Shown here in pieces: positions 60,862 through 64,000 of a stretch of 64,000 bases of DNA. Positions within the stretch are counted from its first letter, which is position 1. The number at the start of each line of letters is the position of its first letter. Under the pieces are notes generated by a model that saw only the letters and a program-made list of their open reading frames with translations, did no database searches and was not told where the DNA came from. This DNA comes from Enoplolaimus lenunculus. Its lineage: Eukaryota. The DNA lies in contig JASANG010002570.1 in NCBI GenBank assembly GCA_030248215.1, forward strand, positions 372,001 to 436,000, given 5' to 3'. The position numbers were made by a program, and so were the translations under genes.

Positions 60862-63672
60862 TCAACTCCTGACCACTTCGGCTTTGACTTCAACTACAAA
60901 TTCTTGCTGGCTACCCGCTTTGCGACCCGAAACGCTGGCGCTGCCTTTGTTTAGTTGTTGAATAAATTTTGACAATTTTGGATCGCTAGCTAGCTCTGCG
61001 CTCAGACTGCAACCATTTGAGCAATGCTGGGCAACTAATTGCTTTAGCAGCTCAAGTGCATCGTGACCTGCATTGAGCCGGCGTTGCAGTGCATCGTTCG
61101 TTGCAGTTCGCTGAGATACTTCAGCTTCAAGTTCTGCAATTTTTTGCAGCTTTCGCATTCGACACCTCGAAGCTGCAACGCGATTGCGAGCACGTTTCCG
61201 TTCGAGTTTCAATCGATCTTGAACTCCAGGTTCTAGCACTACTAGCGGAATATCGCCAGAATTGCGGCTTCCCGGATCAACCCCACCCGCTAAAGATCCT
61301 TTACCTCTACATGCAGCAGACACCCCTGATTTGTTTCCTTGACCCGTGTCATCCTGAGAGTGTCCCATCTTGTTCACGGAATACGGGACTGTGACCGAAG
61401 AGCTGCTGTACGACGATTCTGATGAAAACGAGTTAGCTGGAGACAGCGCTGACGCAAGTATGTTTGGGCTAAACCCAGTACTATTCACCAAGGCGTTGGT
61501 GTTCGTTCTTGCCTGCCCAGTCATACCAACTTGCTTATTGTCCGGTCGTATTTGACCGTTTGAAATAGGACATTTTTGTCCAGCCCGCGACGGCAGGCAA
61601 CCTCGTCCTGTACCCCTGGCAGGCTGCTTACTTCTGAAAGACATTGTAGTAGCTGAACTGCGCGAAACACTTTTCATTACAGATAATTTACTGGAAGCAT
61701 TATTTAAGCCATGATCTAAACCTTGTTGCGATCCAGCAGAATGTCTTACAGACAACGCTGACGCGCTAGCACTACGTTTCGTACCACCGTCTCCAATAAT
61801 TTGTTTTGACGCTGAACGCGAGCAGCCAGGCACGAGAGCGGGAACGGCTGAATAATTGGTAAGGCCGCTCAAAGGAGCATTATTTGAACTTTCAGAAGCC
61901 AAACCAGTTGATACAGCAGGGTCCGAGCTAGGCTGTGCAGATAGTGTACAACTGCTACTTACCGACGTATCAATCGTTAACACTTGTTCGAGTGGTTTAT
62001 CATGCTTTTGTAGACTTCTTACGTTTGGTAGGACCCCATCAGACGCAATTGGGTTATGCCGTACAGCACTAAACGCAGTATTAGGCGACGGTACACACTG
62101 GCTGGAAGAGCCAGATATTGGTTGTTGTTGCAAACTGTTAATTCCAAGAATATGCGGTGCGCTAATAATAGTTGAACTACTATCACTTCCGTTCGTCCCT
62201 ACAAGACTACTTGAAATCATATGGGGCTCATTTTTCGCCAAAGCCAGGCTACCTGTTATTGGTTTCACATGAATGACACGTGATCCATGAGCACTAGGCA
62301 CATGAGCTGTAATAACAGATGAACTATTAGTAGCGGAAGTCACACCAGAATCCCCTAAAATCATACCCGATGAATTGCAATCCAAAGCGACTACCGATGG
62401 TGCCCCCTGTCCCTCCACTTGCCCAGCAATTACAGACGCCCCAGTAGCAACTAGGGTGGCGCCATGACTTATACCGTTGGCAGGGCCAACAACTGTGCGT
62501 TCCACATTTCCAACTCCAGGTACCGATAAATTATTGCTAACAGATGAGGTAGTTTTTTGGACACCATTCTCCCCCGCATGAGTTACACCTTGCCGCAAAC
62601 TAGACTCACCTTGCATAACGTGTCCGCTAGAGCTAGGAAAAGTTGCAAGCGCAATTGTTCTCAGCTGATTTGCCGATAGCACAGGCAATTGCAGCGCTGC
62701 TGGTGCCGTAGAGTTTGTGCTGCTATTTCGGGAGGTACCGAGTTGAATACTGGGTAAACCCACCCCTACCGATTGAACCGCACCTGCGATCGACGTCTGC
62801 CACCCCGGTGTTGACCCAGGTTTAATCGGCGACAGGACAAGTGGGATCAACTGAGCTGTATTCGCAGTCAATTGTTCCGACGATGGTAAATTGGGAAATG
62901 TTGACAACGTAAACTGTGGAGGACAGCTCTGTTCACCATTAAACTCGTTATCATTACGCTGACTTATAAATTCATGCTGCTGATTATCACCATTACAGTT
63001 TGAATTTAAATTCGGAGCCAATACGTCAACACTTGTTGTAGGCGAAGAAGTTGGAACAATAACCGAATTTATCACAGATTCAAGCTTTGACATAGGCAAC
63101 ATTTGACCAGGTACACTCACAGGTGGCTTATTAGCTGAAATGTTTGATGATGATGCCACATGGGAGTTCTTACTTGTTCCAGGTATAGCTGCTGTGTTAT
63201 CCGCATTTGGTAGACCCACAGTCCTTGCTTGATTTGTAATGTCGCTCGGACACACATTTGGAACCGCGCATGCAACAGAAGTAGGCCCAGGAATTCCTTC
63301 TACAGCAGGCAGTACTGGTAATTCAACAGGTCTGTTAGTACCACTACTAGAAGCCGCCATCGATTCATCAGTTTGCGACTCTTGATCTTCTTTTTTCGCC
63401 GGAACCGAAGACGCGAACGCGCCGATTAAACCAGCAACCGGCGTCGAAGTGCTAGGTCCACTGCCGTTAGGTGACATAAGTTGATGCAAATGACTTAGCG
63501 CATCTAAAAAGCCGCGAGCGTAGTTTTCTTGTTCAATTGTACCAGGTTTCGACAATAAACTTGCGATTGGTGTCGCCGAGGCTCCGACTGTTGTACCACC
63601 GGTTACAGCTGTCGTACCAGACGACGATGAATCTAAACAAACATAACTGAACTGTGTTACCCTGCAAACCAT
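60862..63672 (-). CDS. jun: Jun-family bZIP (AP-1) transcription factor; probably the large terminal exon, 5' end uncertain
   Basis: Jun-domain helix TIEQENYARGFLDALSHLH; basic region QDRLKLERKRARNRVAASRCRMRKL; post-zipper HCSNGC. Candidate acceptors TTTGCAG (exon from 63661) or TTTAG (from 63632) suggest upstream exons rather than the ORF-track ATG. Confidence 0.85.
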   Translation of the reverse strand: MVCRVTQFSYVCLDSSSSGTTAVTGGTTVGASATPIASLLSKPGTIEQENYARGFLDALSHLHQLMSPNGSGPSTSTPVAGLIGAFASSVPAKKEDQESQTDESMAASSSGTNRPVELPVLPAVEGIPGPTSVACAVPNVCPSDITNQARTVGLPNADNTAAIPGTSKNSHVASSSNISANKPPVSVPGQMLPMSKLESVINSVIVPTSSPTTSVDVLAPNLNSNCNGDNQQHEFISQRNDNEFNGEQSCPPQFTLSTFPNLPSSEQLTANTAQLIPLVLSPIKPGSTPGWQTSIAGAVQSVGVGLPSIQLGTSRNSSTNSTAPAALQLPVLSANQLRTIALATFPSSSGHVMQGESSLRQGVTHAGENGVQKTTSSVSNNLSVPGVGNVERTVVGPANGISHGATLVATGASVIAGQVEGQGAPSVVALDCNSSGMILGDSGVTSATNSSSVITAHVPSAHGSRVIHVKPITGSLALAKNEPHMISSSLVGTNGSDSSSTIISAPHILGINSLQQQPISGSSSQCVPSPNTAFSAVRHNPIASDGVLPNVRSLQKHDKPLEQVLTIDTSVSSSCTLSAQPSSDPAVSTGLASESSNNAPLSGLTNYSAVPALVPGCSRSASKQIIGDGGTKRSASASALSVRHSAGSQQGLDHGLNNASSKLSVMKSVSRSSATTMSFRSKQPARGTGRGCLPSRAGQKCPISNGQIRPDNKQVGMTGQARTNTNALVNSTGFSPNILASALSPANSFSSESSYSSSSVTVPYSVNKMGHSQDDTGQGNKSGVSAACRGKGSLAGGVDPGSRNSGDIPLVVLEPGVQDRLKLERKRARNRVAASRCRMRKLQKIAELEAEVSQRTATNDALQRRLNAGHDALELLKQLVAQHCSNGCSLSAELASDPKLSKFIQQLNKGSASVSGRKAGSQQEFVVEVKAEVVRS

Positions 63673-64000
63673 GAGTATACAATGCTGAGTATTTGCTGGG
63701 ATACTGACGAGAGAAGCAACATGTTAGAGGAGTTAAGGAGAAGGAATTTTCGATAAAACCGAAATTGAAACGCTGTAAAACTAAGAAAATGCCTTATTTC
63801 TAGGTTTCTAGCTTACATATTTATTTGTCGGAAAACAAACTTCATTTGTTGCTGAAAAATTTTCAGGTACATTCCGCAGAACAACACCATGAGCAAACTT
63901 GTCCTTTATCTGTGTTGAATGGATTTTTAAGAATCCTTAAACGCTCAAATATTTTGTATTCTTAGTTTATATTAACGTTCTAGCACTAAATGCATAAACG

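Overview
AT-rich eukaryotic (animal) genomic DNA with GT-AG introns. Abundant TTAGGC hexamers suggest a nematode (inference). Six protein-coding genes can be reconstructed by hand with frame-consistent splice junctions: an intronless MFSD8/CLN7-like transporter (-), a 3-exon basic single-TM orphan gene (+), 11-exon RIOK3 (-), 12-exon ANKRD13 (+), 2-exon ROMO1/Mgr2 (+), and the large terminal exon of a Jun-family bZIP factor (-). Introns and intergenic DNA are packed with non-autonomous DNA transposons (hAT-type with 8-bp TSDs, PIF/Harbinger-, piggyBac- and CACTA-like), many nested. There are also tRNA-derived elements, a hAT transposase relic, the 3' end of an RNase H-bearing non-LTR retrotransposon, a short 28S rRNA-like fragment and several satellites. 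The most distinctive pattern is that several unrelated inverted-repeat elements carry internal degenerate TTAGGC telomere-like arrays. All family assignments come from motif recognition; no database search was run.
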